Positions 56,874 to 64,000 of a stretch of 64,000 nucleotides of DNA are shown piece after piece (position 1 is the stretch's first letter; every line of letters starts with the position of its first letter). The notes beneath the pieces were generated by a model, which was not told the DNA's origin, did not search any database, and was given only the letters and a program-made list of their open reading frames with translations. Where the stretch lies: positions 379,878 to 443,877 of the forward strand of contig CAVRKE010000002.1 in the NCBI GenBank assembly GCA_963722305.1, in the 5' to 3' direction. Source of the DNA: Candidatus Levyibacteriota bacterium (GTDB lineage Bacteria > Patescibacteriota > Microgenomatia > Levybacterales > UBA12049). A program made the position numbers and the translations under genes.

Positions 56874-57488
56874 TTAAGCAGCTAACTGCCTTTGTTCTCT
56901 TACTTCCCTTAAGTGATTTTCCAAAATTGCGCGGTTAAGCATTCCCGGTTCGACGCCAAAAATTGGCTTTTCTCCATATGCAACAAAATAAGCAATATCT
57001 TCTTCTCTTGAAAAACGTATTCTTCTTTGCCGCATTTCTTCCAAGACTTCCGCATTAACTCTTACCCCATCACCATACCCATATTCATGAAATAACACCG
57101 ATGCGGGACCACGGTTTTCCAGTGAACGTTCCGTGTATGGACGCTCTGACTGGGCTGCCGCCCAAACAAGCCTGGCTACTTCGATCTGATCTGGAGTTAA
57201 AGCCTCACCCATTCTAAAACAAGGGTTCGTTCTGTCTATTTCCGCCTTTGCAGTGTTAATAATAGCAGAATCAGTACTTTCATCGATGATTACGAGCTGT
57301 CTTATTATGCGCGCTTGCTCCGCTAAACCTTCTAAACCTTTTGTTGAGACATCGGGAGCATCAAATATTGCAGTATCGAGCGCTTTCAATACATCGGGGA
57401 TCCTTGATCCTTCAAGGCCATGTGGCTTTCCTCTTCCGGGAAGCTCATGAACAAAAGTCATAAATAAGTTCTTACTTATTATTGACAA
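56874..57488 (-). CDS. Hypothetical protein, Arg/Ala/Glu-rich with GC visibly above its neighbours. The ATG start is at 57461; the ORF track extends to an upstream TTG.
   Basis: 204-aa ORF. No recognised motifs. Composition is atypical for this window. Confidence 0.4.
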   Translation of the reverse strand: MSIISKNLFMTFVHELPGRGKPHGLEGSRIPDVLKALDTAIFDAPDVSTKGLEGLAEQARIIRQLVIIDESTDSAIINTAKAEIDRTNPCFRMGEALTPDQIEVARLVWAAAQSERPYTERSLENRGPASVLFHEYGYGDGVRVNAEVLEEMRQRRIRFSREEDIAYFVAYGEKPIFGVEPGMLNRAILENHLREVREQRQLAA

Positions 57489-57574
57489 TAAAATTTTCAG
57501 GTGTCAAGAGCTTATAAGAGTTTGCTTAAAAGGTCTAGATTTAGAGCATCTAAGATGATAAAATCTTAATACAT

Positions 57575-57646
57575 TCCGCAGTAGCTCAATGGTAGAGCGG
57601 TTCCCTGTTAAGGAAAAGGTTCTAGGTCCGAGTCCTAGCTGCGGAG
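57575..57646 (+). tRNA. tRNA-Asn (anticodon GTT at 57607-57609), 72 nt, no encoded CCA
   Basis: Manual fold: 7-bp acceptor tccgcag/ctgcgga, D-arm gctc/gagc, anticodon loop cTGTTaa, T-arm ctagg/cctag with loop tccgagt. Oddities are a G27.A43 mismatch and C at position 55. Confidence 0.6.
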
Positions 57647-57715
57647 CTCGGTATTTTTATCCCCGGAAATATTGATACATTGACAAGCACTACAAGTAGT
57701 TGTACTATATGAAGT

Positions 57716-57901
57716 ATGACAACTAATAATAAACAGAGGTTAACCCTTTTTATTAATCCCGCTATCGCCAAGCATGCTAAAGCCGAGGCGATTGTTCAAG
57801 ATTTAAGTTTGACAACTCTTGTAGAAAGAGCCTTGATAAACTATTTACCCAAAGAGACTGTAATTAAGAAAGCCATAGTCAGGGAGGATTTTGATCCTTA
57901 A
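57716..57901 (+). CDS. Small protein, possible ribbon-helix-helix (CopG/Arc-like) DNA-binding protein
   Basis: 61 aa. QRLTLFINPAIAKHAKAEA then DLSLTTLVERALINYL has a beta-alpha-alpha pattern. Weak call. Confidence 0.3.
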   Translation: MTTNNKQRLTLFINPAIAKHAKAEAIVQDLSLTTLVERALINYLPKETVIKKAIVREDFDP

Positions 57902-57990
57902 GCAATAAAAAGCTTCTTTTGGGAAGAAGCGTATTCAGGGTCCGCGTTTAACCCCAAATTAGCGAATTTAATAATTGTAAATATAAGGAG

Positions 57991-58392
57991 GTGAAAAATA
58001 TGACAGAATTAGTAAAAGAAACAGTAACCACACAGGAAAATAGTCCGGTTGCTACTTCTAAGAAAAGCGACCAAGCAACAAGCTATCAAACGATTGAATA
58101 TCTAATCTATTTCTTCTTTGGTGCTTTGGAAATACTCTTGATTTTTAGGTTGATACTTAGATTAACTGGAGCTAATAGCTTTAGTGCCTTTGTGGGCCTA
58201 ATTTATGGCATAACAGGGGTTTTTATAGTCCCCTTTCAAGGAATATTTCACCAGGCTACTGCAGCAGGCGTAGAAACAACAGCAGTTTTAGAACCAGCAA
58301 CGATAGTTGCAATTGTTGTATATGCAGTTTTGGCAGTAGGAATTGTAAAGTTACTACGAATACTTTCGGGTAAAAAACAACAAGCTGAGTAA
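57991..58392 (+). CDS. YggT-like small integral membrane protein
   Basis: 133 aa. Strong SD aaggaggtga upstream. LLIFRLILRL...FSAFVGLIYGITGVFIVPFQGIF resembles the YGGT signature. Confidence 0.4.
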   Translation: MKNMTELVKETVTTQENSPVATSKKSDQATSYQTIEYLIYFFFGALEILLIFRLILRLTGANSFSAFVGLIYGITGVFIVPFQGIFHQATAAGVETTAVLEPATIVAIVVYAVLAVGIVKLLRILSGKKQQAE

Positions 58393-58436
58393 CTTGTTGT
58401 TTTTGGAATTGGGTAGTAGAAAGGATGTGAAAAAAT

Positions 58437-58676
58437 ATGAGTATTATATATTGGTTAATTTTTGGATTAATTACTGGAACTGTAGCAAATTTTATTTCTC
58501 CCGGATTTAGAGGTGGAATAATAGGGTCAATAATTTTAGGCGTAATCGGAGCAGTAGTTGGAGGCTATTTGGGAGAAATGTTTTTCAATGTTGGAGTTAC
58601 TGGATTTAATTTAGTCTCTTTTGCTGTAGCAATAGCGGGATCATTAATTGTTCTTTTTGTCAGCAGATTGATATAA
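58437..58676 (+). CDS. GlsB/YeaQ/YmgE family stress-response membrane protein (transglycosylase-associated protein family)
   Basis: 79 aa. WLIFGLITGTVANFISPG...GSIILGVIGAVVGGYLG...GFNLVSFAVAIAGSLIVLFV is near-collinear with E. coli YeaQ/YmgE. Confidence 0.85.
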   Translation: MSIIYWLIFGLITGTVANFISPGFRGGIIGSIILGVIGAVVGGYLGEMFFNVGVTGFNLVSFAVAIAGSLIVLFVSRLI

Positions 58677-58722
58677 ATTCCAGTTTCGCAAAATTCAAAT
58701 AAATAGAGGCAGGTGACATATT

Positions 58723-58896
58723 ATGGATGATTCGCAACAAAAAGCACAGATAGACGAAGAGGCAAGAAAAGCCAAGGAAGGAATAGATACAGCTGCCTTT
58801 AACGCGAGGCAACTTCTGGCAGATCAAGTAAGTGAAAAAATAAGAAGTGATGCGGAAGCGGAAATAGCGCAGATTCAAAATGATGCGCAGAAATAG
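58723..58896 (+). CDS. Small 57-aa charged, probably coiled-coil protein (absent from the ORF track because it is under 60 aa)
   Basis: ATG at 58723 is preceded by gaggcaggtga. MDDSQQKAQIDEEARKAKEGIDTAAFNARQLLADQVSEKIRSDAEAEIAQIQNDAQK. Stop TAG at 58894. Confidence 0.35.
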   Translation: MDDSQQKAQIDEEARKAKEGIDTAAFNARQLLADQVSEKIRSDAEAEIAQIQNDAQK

Positions 58897-59099
58897 GTTT
58901 GTATCATTCCCCTAGAGAAAGGTATACTGAAAACGGAGAGCCAGCGAAAATAGGTTTCGGGATAGTATTTTTACTATGCCCACTGTTAGAGCAACTGGTC
59001 TTCCCGGTAAGTAGAAAGCGATCTATTCCTGGTTGTGCTTGAAGGCACACATAACCAACAAGCATATCGTAGTACTTCCTAAGGCAAGACTTTTAAGCT

Positions 59100-59153
59100 C
59101 TCCTTTTCTTTCTTCTCTTTCTCTTCTTTCTTTAAGGCTTAAAAGAAAAGGAG
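59100..59153 (+). promoter_or_regulatory. Stem-loop sequestering the transposase Shine-Dalgarno (12-bp stem: ctccttttcttt / aaagaaaaggag)
   Basis: The 3' arm overlaps the RBS aaggagg at 59148-59154. This is a classic IS translational-control hairpin. Confidence 0.55.
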
Positions 59154-59162
59154 GTGATGAAA

Positions 59163-60101
59163 ATGATAGTTGTAGGCGTAGATGTCTCAAAAGACACCCT
59201 TGTTGCTGTGGCAATTGATAAATCAATACGAATAAAGCATTCATTTACCGTTAAGAATAACAAGGAAAGTATCGATAAGTGGTTAAATGCTCTTCCGTAC
59301 AAAAAGATGCTGCTCTCTTGTGAGGCAACTGCCGAATACCACAGGGTACTTGCACTTTTGGCTCTTTCTTCTAAAATACCATTGAGGTTATTAAATCCCA
59401 TTGTGACTAAGCAATATACCAAAGCAACTGTTCGAAAGAGAAAAACTGACCCTCAAGACGCATTAACCATTGCTAAGCTGGCTCTTGCCGGAGAAGGAAG
59501 GCTGATAAGTACCCAAACTTTTCACATTGCCAAAACCCATGAGAGAACCGCCATAAAGCTAACACACATGAAACAGCGTCTTTTACTAATACAACAGCAC
59601 GTACAAGAGGTAGATCCGGATGATACAGCTTCTTTTGAGGAGTTGCAGGTCTGTATTGATACCATAGAACAGTCAATCAAAGCATTTAGGAAGAAAGCAG
59701 AAGAAGAGGTTGATTCAAAACTTGTTAAACTGCTTTGCTCTATACCGGGAGTGGGAGAAACAATAGCAACGGTACTTCTTGCGGAAATCGGAGATATTAA
59801 TCAGTTCAAATCAGATAAAGCCCTCGTTGCTTATGCGGGATTGGATCCAAAGGTCAAACAATCAGGAGGAAGATTACACCATAATACCCATTTAACTAAA
59901 AGAGGCTCTCCTTACCTTAGACAGATGCTCTATACAGGAGCTTCTATTGCACAACGGCATGATAAGAAACTTAAGGCGTATTACGAGAAGAAGAGAGCTG
60001 AGGGAAAGAGGTACAAAGAAGCAACCATTGCGGTATCAAGAAAACTGCTCAATAGAGTATATGCAGTTTTAAAAAGGCAGACACCTTATATACCTGGATG
60101 A
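59163..60101 (+). CDS. IS110-family transposase (DEDD N-terminal domain plus IS116/IS110/IS902 C-terminal domain)
   Basis: MIVVGVDVSKDTLVAV (IS110 N-terminal) and IPGVGETIATVLLAEIGDINQFKSDKALVAYAGLDPKVKQSGG (C-terminal transposase_20). RBS 8 nt upstream. The ORF-track start at 59154 is a GTG inside the RBS. Confidence 0.9.
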   Translation: MIVVGVDVSKDTLVAVAIDKSIRIKHSFTVKNNKESIDKWLNALPYKKMLLSCEATAEYHRVLALLALSSKIPLRLLNPIVTKQYTKATVRKRKTDPQDALTIAKLALAGEGRLISTQTFHIAKTHERTAIKLTHMKQRLLLIQQHVQEVDPDDTASFEELQVCIDTIEQSIKAFRKKAEEEVDSKLVKLLCSIPGVGETIATVLLAEIGDINQFKSDKALVAYAGLDPKVKQSGGRLHHNTHLTKRGSPYLRQMLYTGASIAQRHDKKLKAYYEKKRAEGKRYKEATIAVSRKLLNRVYAVLKRQTPYIPG

Positions 60102-60222
60102 GATACATCGGTAACACTTTGAGACCAGGGGTCTTGACAAAAGATTCCTGGTCTCTAACACCATCTCCATGAACACACTGTTCAGGATTTCGCTACGGCT
60201 CATATTCCTCGGAGCTGAAAAA

Positions 60223-60492
60223 CTATTTATTAAATAGTTTTCTCAGCTCTACTTTTGCTTGTTCAAGGATCATCTTTCTTTCGGGCCGCAGGTTCTTTCC
60301 TGCCCTATTTATATAGAAATTTAGCATGCTCATAGCGGATTGAAATGGGATAGTTTTACGTCTTGTACTATTTTCTGCTGATTTTTTTAAACTTTCGGCA
60401 ATTTTTTCTGGGCTTTTCCAGGTAAAAACGCCTTCTTCCAAATCCAAAGCAATGCTGTGTTTAGTGACTTTACCCGACCAATTTCTATTCAT
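60223..60492 (-). CDS. DUF3175 domain protein
   Basis: 89 aa. ALDLEEGVFTWKSPEKIAESLKKSAENSTRRKTIPFQSAMSMLNFYINRAGKNL...LEQAKVELRKLF matches the DUF3175 conserved core. Confidence 0.65.
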   Translation of the reverse strand: MNRNWSGKVTKHSIALDLEEGVFTWKSPEKIAESLKKSAENSTRRKTIPFQSAMSMLNFYINRAGKNLRPERKMILEQAKVELRKLFNK

Positions 60493-60519
60493 ATAACATA
60501 ATTTTACTGCTCTAAAATC

Positions 60520-61032
60520 TTATTTAGCACAAGTGGGCCAGGCATTTTGCTCTCCGCGCGAAATTTTAAAAGCTGCTGTTTTTATTGACTCCTCGGCACT
60601 TACGCGAAGAGCCAGGTTTGTATCCTCTCCCATTAACGCACGGCTATTAATCCAGGCGCCTGATGAAAATTGGAAAAGACCGACGTAATCTCCATAGGTA
60701 GCGGGCGGGTTGAAACCGGATTCACAGGCGGCAATTTTTCTTAGTAAGTTTTTATCTACGCTATAAAGATTTGCGTATTTTGTAAATAAATCCTCAAGTG
60801 TTGTTGAGGTTAGCGGAATTGGAGTTGGAGTCGGAGTTAATGTTGGAGTTGGTGTGGGCAAAGGAGTTGGAGTTGGTGTTAGTGTGGGTGTCGGCGTTAA
60901 AGTTGGGAAAGCAACCCCCATGATGGGCATGGAAGATGTAATTTCAGGTTTCTTCTGGGAATCTAAAAATAAAGATGCCGAAAGGGTGCCTAAAATTATC
61001 AGTATAATTACAAAAACCACCCAAATTTTCAT
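60520..61032 (-). CDS. Secreted lytic-transglycosylase-like protein (SLT/Rpf-type catalytic motif) with a signal peptide and a Pro/Thr linker
   Basis: 170 aa. N-terminal hydrophobic signal. TPTPTLTPTPTPLPTPTPTLTPTPTPIP linker. C-terminal AACESGFNPPATYGDYVGLFQFSSGAW resembles the E-S...GL(M/F)Q motif of transglycosylase domains. Confidence 0.55.
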   Translation of the reverse strand: MKIWVVFVIILIILGTLSASLFLDSQKKPEITSSMPIMGVAFPTLTPTPTLTPTPTPLPTPTPTLTPTPTPIPLTSTTLEDLFTKYANLYSVDKNLLRKIAACESGFNPPATYGDYVGLFQFSSGAWINSRALMGEDTNLALRVSAEESIKTAAFKISRGEQNAWPTCAK

Positions 61033-61201
61033 GCACCCATCTTAACATATTTATTAGCTCCTATAATTGTTGTCCAAAATGATGGATTTTTTATGCTCTC
61101 TAAAGATTCCCTTGTGGGACTAGCTGCAAAGCTGGCTATTTAGCCTCGGAATTGACTTCTTTTTGAATTGAGAAGACAATGTATTTGGAAGAAGATATTT
61201 T

Positions 61202-61399
61202 ATGACACTTATAACAAAATTTATCGTTTTTGTGGTAATTATTATATCCGTTAATAATTTCGTGTTGTATTATGCTATCCGGAACAATGGGATACATTCA
61301 ACAATACACTCGCTTGGCCTGCTGGTATTTTTAATTAGTCTTATTGAAATAGTGGCAATTGGAATTTATATTTATATCCACTTAAGAAATGGGTTCTAA
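61202..61399 (+). CDS. Small hypothetical 2-TM membrane protein
   Basis: 65-aa hydrophobic ORF. No family recognised. Low support. Confidence 0.25.
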   Translation: MTLITKFIVFVVIIISVNNFVLYYAIRNNGIHSTIHSLGLLVFLISLIEIVAIGIYIYIHLRNGF

Positions 61400-61496
61400 G
61401 GTTGTCCCCCATCAGAGGAAGTAAATGCAAAAGATGAGATACATCGGTAACACTTTTAAGATAGAATAGCTATCCCAAAAGGAGGTGAATAAACCG

Positions 61497-62195
61497 ATGT
61501 ATACAAAACAAATCCATGGATACAGGATTTTGGAGAAACCATTTCCCAGCATTGATAAATGGCAACTGTTTAGGTCATTGGGAAAAGGCAATCTATCCCT
61601 TACCGCCCAGCTAAAACTGGAGTGGATAATCTTCTACCAAACAATTGGAAAAGGTAATGCTCGTCTAACCGCCAAGCACTTTGGCATTAATCCTAAAACA
61701 TTGCATAAGTGGAAGAAGAGGTTTAACGAGAAAGATTTATCGACACTTGAGGAGCAATCAAGAGCGCCTGTTAGAACACGCCAAAGGGAAATCAGCGTCT
61801 TGCAGAAAGAGCGCATCAGAAGTCTTCGTAGGGAGCATCTTAGGTGGGGCAAGATGAAGCTTAGAAAGCGGTACCAAGAGATTTATGGTGAAGATATCTC
61901 CTCCTGGAAGTTTCAGGTAGTAATTGAAGATGAGCACCTCTACTATGATCGAAGAAAGACACTAAAGCAGAGGAAAAGACGAAAACAGCTTCAAGAACAC
62001 CCCAAGAAGCGTATTAATACCCTTTTAAAGGAAAGCAAAGTAAATTTTCTCTGGCATGTGGATACTGTGCTTCTGACCCAATCAACCGGAGGTTATCGAT
62101 ACCTGCTGACAGCAATTGATGATCAGTCAAAACTAGCCTACGCCAGATTGTATACGACTCATTCTTCAAAGCAATACATAAAATATAGATTCTAA
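61497..62195 (+). pseudogene. IS481-like (rve-type DDE) transposase/integrase. The N-terminal HTH region and the start of the catalytic core are present; the gene is truncated at a stop.
   Basis: HTH LTAKHFGINPKTLHKWKKRF. LEEQSRAPVRTRQ resembles the IS481 DRSRRPH region. The core begins WHVDTVLLTQSTGGYRYLLTAIDDQSKLAYARLY then stops. Expected length is about 330-400 aa but only about 233 aa are present. Strong SD aaaggaggtga upstream. Confidence 0.55.
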
Positions 62196-62386
62196 TGTCG
62201 TCTATTTCTATTCAGGTTACAACCGCAGGATTTAATTGTAATCTCTTTATTTCTTCCCATCTTTGTTTCAATTCCCCGATATAGCTTAGATTTTGGAAGG
62301 ATTCTACCACTTTTGCTGGTATAATAATCCAAGGTTCGCGGAGCAATTGGCCCTTAATATAACCTCTTTGATATAATATTTATAGC

Positions 62387-62782
62387 ATGAATACTTACAA
62401 CTGGTACTCGAAATTGATTAAACCTTCTTGGTCGCCACCTGCATGGCTTTTTGGCCCAGTATGGACATGTCTCTATATTTTAATTGCTTTATCTTTTGGT
62501 AATGTATTTTTATTAACCTGGCAAAAACAGATTACATTTATTACTATAATACCATTTGTTCTTAATCTAATTTTTAATTTTGCTTTTACACCTCTGCAAT
62601 TCGGACTTAAAAATAATCTCTTGGCGGCTGCTGATATTCTGCTCGTTTTACTTACTCTTATTTGGGCAATGATTGCTGTCTATCCGTATGTACATTGGGT
62701 TACCTATATTCAAATTCCGTACTTACTTTGGGTTTCGTTTGCGACAATGTTACAATTAACTATTACCTATTTAAACAAATAA
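62387..62782 (+). CDS. TspO/MBR-family (tryptophan-rich sensory protein)-like membrane protein, short form
   Basis: 131 aa. LIKPSWSPPAWLFGPVWTCLYILIALSFG matches the N-terminal TspO signature. Shorter than the canonical 150-160 aa. Confidence 0.5.
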   Translation: MNTYNWYSKLIKPSWSPPAWLFGPVWTCLYILIALSFGNVFLLTWQKQITFITIIPFVLNLIFNFAFTPLQFGLKNNLLAAADILLVLLTLIWAMIAVYPYVHWVTYIQIPYLLWVSFATMLQLTITYLNK

Positions 62783-62783
62783 A

Positions 62784-63182
62784 ATGTTTTTAAAGCTTTA
62801 CCTTATTGCCTTGCCAATCTTTTTCGCAATTGATTTTTTTTGGCTTGGATTTATCGCCAGAAAATTCTATCAGGAGCAAATTGGCTTTTTGATGAAAACC
62901 AACATTAATTGGCCAGCGGCTATCATTTTTTACCTTCTGTTTATTGCCGGATTAGTCTTGTTTGTAATTTCTCCCTCAATTGAAAAAAAATCGTTATTCA
63001 CAGCAATTGTTATGGGCGGTTTATTCGGATTTTTTGCATATGCTACTTATGATTTAACCAATCTAGCCACGCTTAAAAACTGGCCTCTGATGGTTTCGCT
63101 GGTCGATATGCTTTGGGGTGTTATCTTATCAGCTTCCATATCAACTTTAACTTATTTTGTTGCTACTAAAATCGGTTTATGA
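62784..63182 (+). CDS. DUF2177-like small membrane protein
   Basis: 132 aa, 4 TM. Starts 1 nt after the TspO stop. Weak family recollection. Confidence 0.35.
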   Translation: MFLKLYLIALPIFFAIDFFWLGFIARKFYQEQIGFLMKTNINWPAAIIFYLLFIAGLVLFVISPSIEKKSLFTAIVMGGLFGFFAYATYDLTNLATLKNWPLMVSLVDMLWGVILSASISTLTYFVATKIGL

Positions 63183-63949
63183 ACTATTATTTAGTCCTCG
63201 CACTTGTCCTTTTTCTATACATGACTTTTTGGTTTGTAGTTTCTTTGTTTAAAAAAAGCAATGATGTGGCAGATGTTGCATGGGGCTTGGGCTTTGTTTT
63301 TTTAGCCTGGGTTTCTTTTATAATTTCTGGAGAATTGGAATTAAGAAATTTACTAGTAGTAATTTTGGTAAGCATTTGGGGAGTACGTTTAGCCTGGCAT
63401 ATTAATAAGCGCCACAAAGGCAAACCAGAAGACTATCGTTATGCTGTTTGGCGAAAAGAATGGGGAAAATGGTTTATTTACCGTTCTTATTTACAAGTTT
63501 TTCTTTTGCAAGGCGTGCTTTTATTTATGGTTGCATTACCTATACTTATTATTAATAAAAGCGTAGACGCAGGAGTTAATTTATTAGACTTTATCGGTGT
63601 TTTAGTTTGGATATTCGGTTTCTTTTTTGAATCAGTCGGCGATGCACAACTTGCCAAATTTATTAAGGACCCAGTCAATAAAGGCAAACTAATGCAACAA
63701 GGTCTTTGGAGATATACTAGACATCCGAACTATTTTGGTGAAGTAACCCAATGGTGGGGTATTTGGTTAATAGCGCTTAGCGTCTCGCATGGCTTATTGG
63801 GGATTATTGGACCGATTACGATAACAATTCTTATTCTTTTTGTTTCGGGCATTCCGCTTCTTGAGAAAAAATACACAAGCAGAGCGGACTTTGAAGAATA
63901 TAAACAGACAACCAGCATATTTATTCCCCTACCTCCCAGAAAGAGTTAG
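63179..63949 (+). CDS. DUF1295 family membrane protein (steroid 5-alpha-reductase / ICMT-like fold)
   Basis: 256 aa. [24 protein letters not shown] is the family hallmark. 4-nt overlap (ATGA) with the upstream gene. Confidence 0.8.
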   Translation: MNYYLVLALVLFLYMTFWFVVSLFKKSNDVADVAWGLGFVFLAWVSFIISGELELRNLLVVILVSIWGVRLAWHINKRHKGKPEDYRYAVWRKEWGKWFIYRSYLQVFLLQGVLLFMVALPILIINKSVDAGVNLLDFIGVLVWIFGFFFESVGDAQLAKFIKDPVNKGKLMQQGLWRYTRHPNYFGEVTQWWGIWLIALSVSHGLLGIIGPITITILILFVSGIPLLEKKYTSRADFEEYKQTTSIFIPLPPRKS

Positions 63950-64000
63950 CATAACAGGTTCTAGACCTGGAATCTTTTGTCAAGACCCCAGGCCCGAAAC

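Larger units (their letters stand above)
58897..60160 (+). mobile_element. IS110-family insertion sequence (approximate boundaries): 5' non-coding leader, transposase, 3' palindrome
   Basis: Transposase 59163..60101. A 260-bp structured leader precedes it. The 3' end carries a 9-bp-stem palindrome at 60121-60155. IS110 elements typically lack terminal inverted repeats, so the ends are not defined by sequence alone. Confidence 0.45.

Noticed and set aside
55786-56938. Plus-strand ORFs 55786..56028, 55920..56252, 56500..56793, 56756..56938
   Set aside because: Antisense to the GT4 glycosyltransferase gene. No homology or signals.
57253-57450. ORF 57253..57450 (+)
   Set aside because: Antisense within the 204-aa hypothetical gene. 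No support.
59023-59676. ORFs 59033..59218 (+), 59023..59244 (-), 59132..59422 (-), 59473..59676 (-)
   Set aside because: They lie in the CT-rich IS110 leader or antisense to the transposase. Composition-driven and overlapping a confidently called gene.
61634-61852. ORF 61634..61852 (-) and ORF 60854..61045 (+)
   Set aside because: Antisense to the IS481-like and transglycosylase genes respectively. The latter is a Gly/Val read of the PT-linker complement.

Overview
About 70% of this low-GC window (bp 3-45002) is taken up by two huge +strand ORFs of 7525 aa and 7041 aa, open to the window start. They encode a Thr/Asn/Gly/Ser-rich modular repeat protein that is probably an extracellular beta-helical fibre or adhesin. 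I count roughly 30 modules, each opening with a Cys-x9-11-Cys loop followed by an LQxAYxxGNTITT motif. The coding sequence contains several long tandem arrays that look identical or nearly so (units of 1395, 1053, 1422, 777, 348 and about 1062 bp). It ends in a non-repetitive C-terminal region with a ConA/LamG-like lectin domain, three GxVGIGTxxP tail-fibre-like motifs, two paralogous modules of about 140 aa and a coiled coil. The two giant ORFs are separated only by a degenerate copy of the 1422-bp repeat unit carrying three single-base insertions, so they may be a single gene of about 45 kb. Downstream lie ppsA, a membrane protein with a HExxH motif, a convergent O-antigen-ligase-like (Wzy_C) membrane protein with TPR repeats, an N-terminal IS1595 transposase fragment behind a canonical promoter, a translationally coupled pair of aspartate aminotransferase and archaeal-type PEP carboxylase, a GT4 glycosyltransferase, and a tRNA-Asn(GTT). 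After the tRNA comes a small accessory cluster: a ribbon-helix-helix-like protein, a YggT-like protein, GlsB/YeaQ/YmgE, an IS110-family element with an RBS-sequestering hairpin and REP-like palindromes, DUF3175, a secreted lytic-transglycosylase-like protein, a truncated IS481-like integrase, and a TspO-DUF2177-DUF1295 membrane operon. The genome looks CPR/Patescibacteria-like, but that is an inference from composition and gene content only. All calls rest on reading the sequence and the ORF track; no database searches were run.
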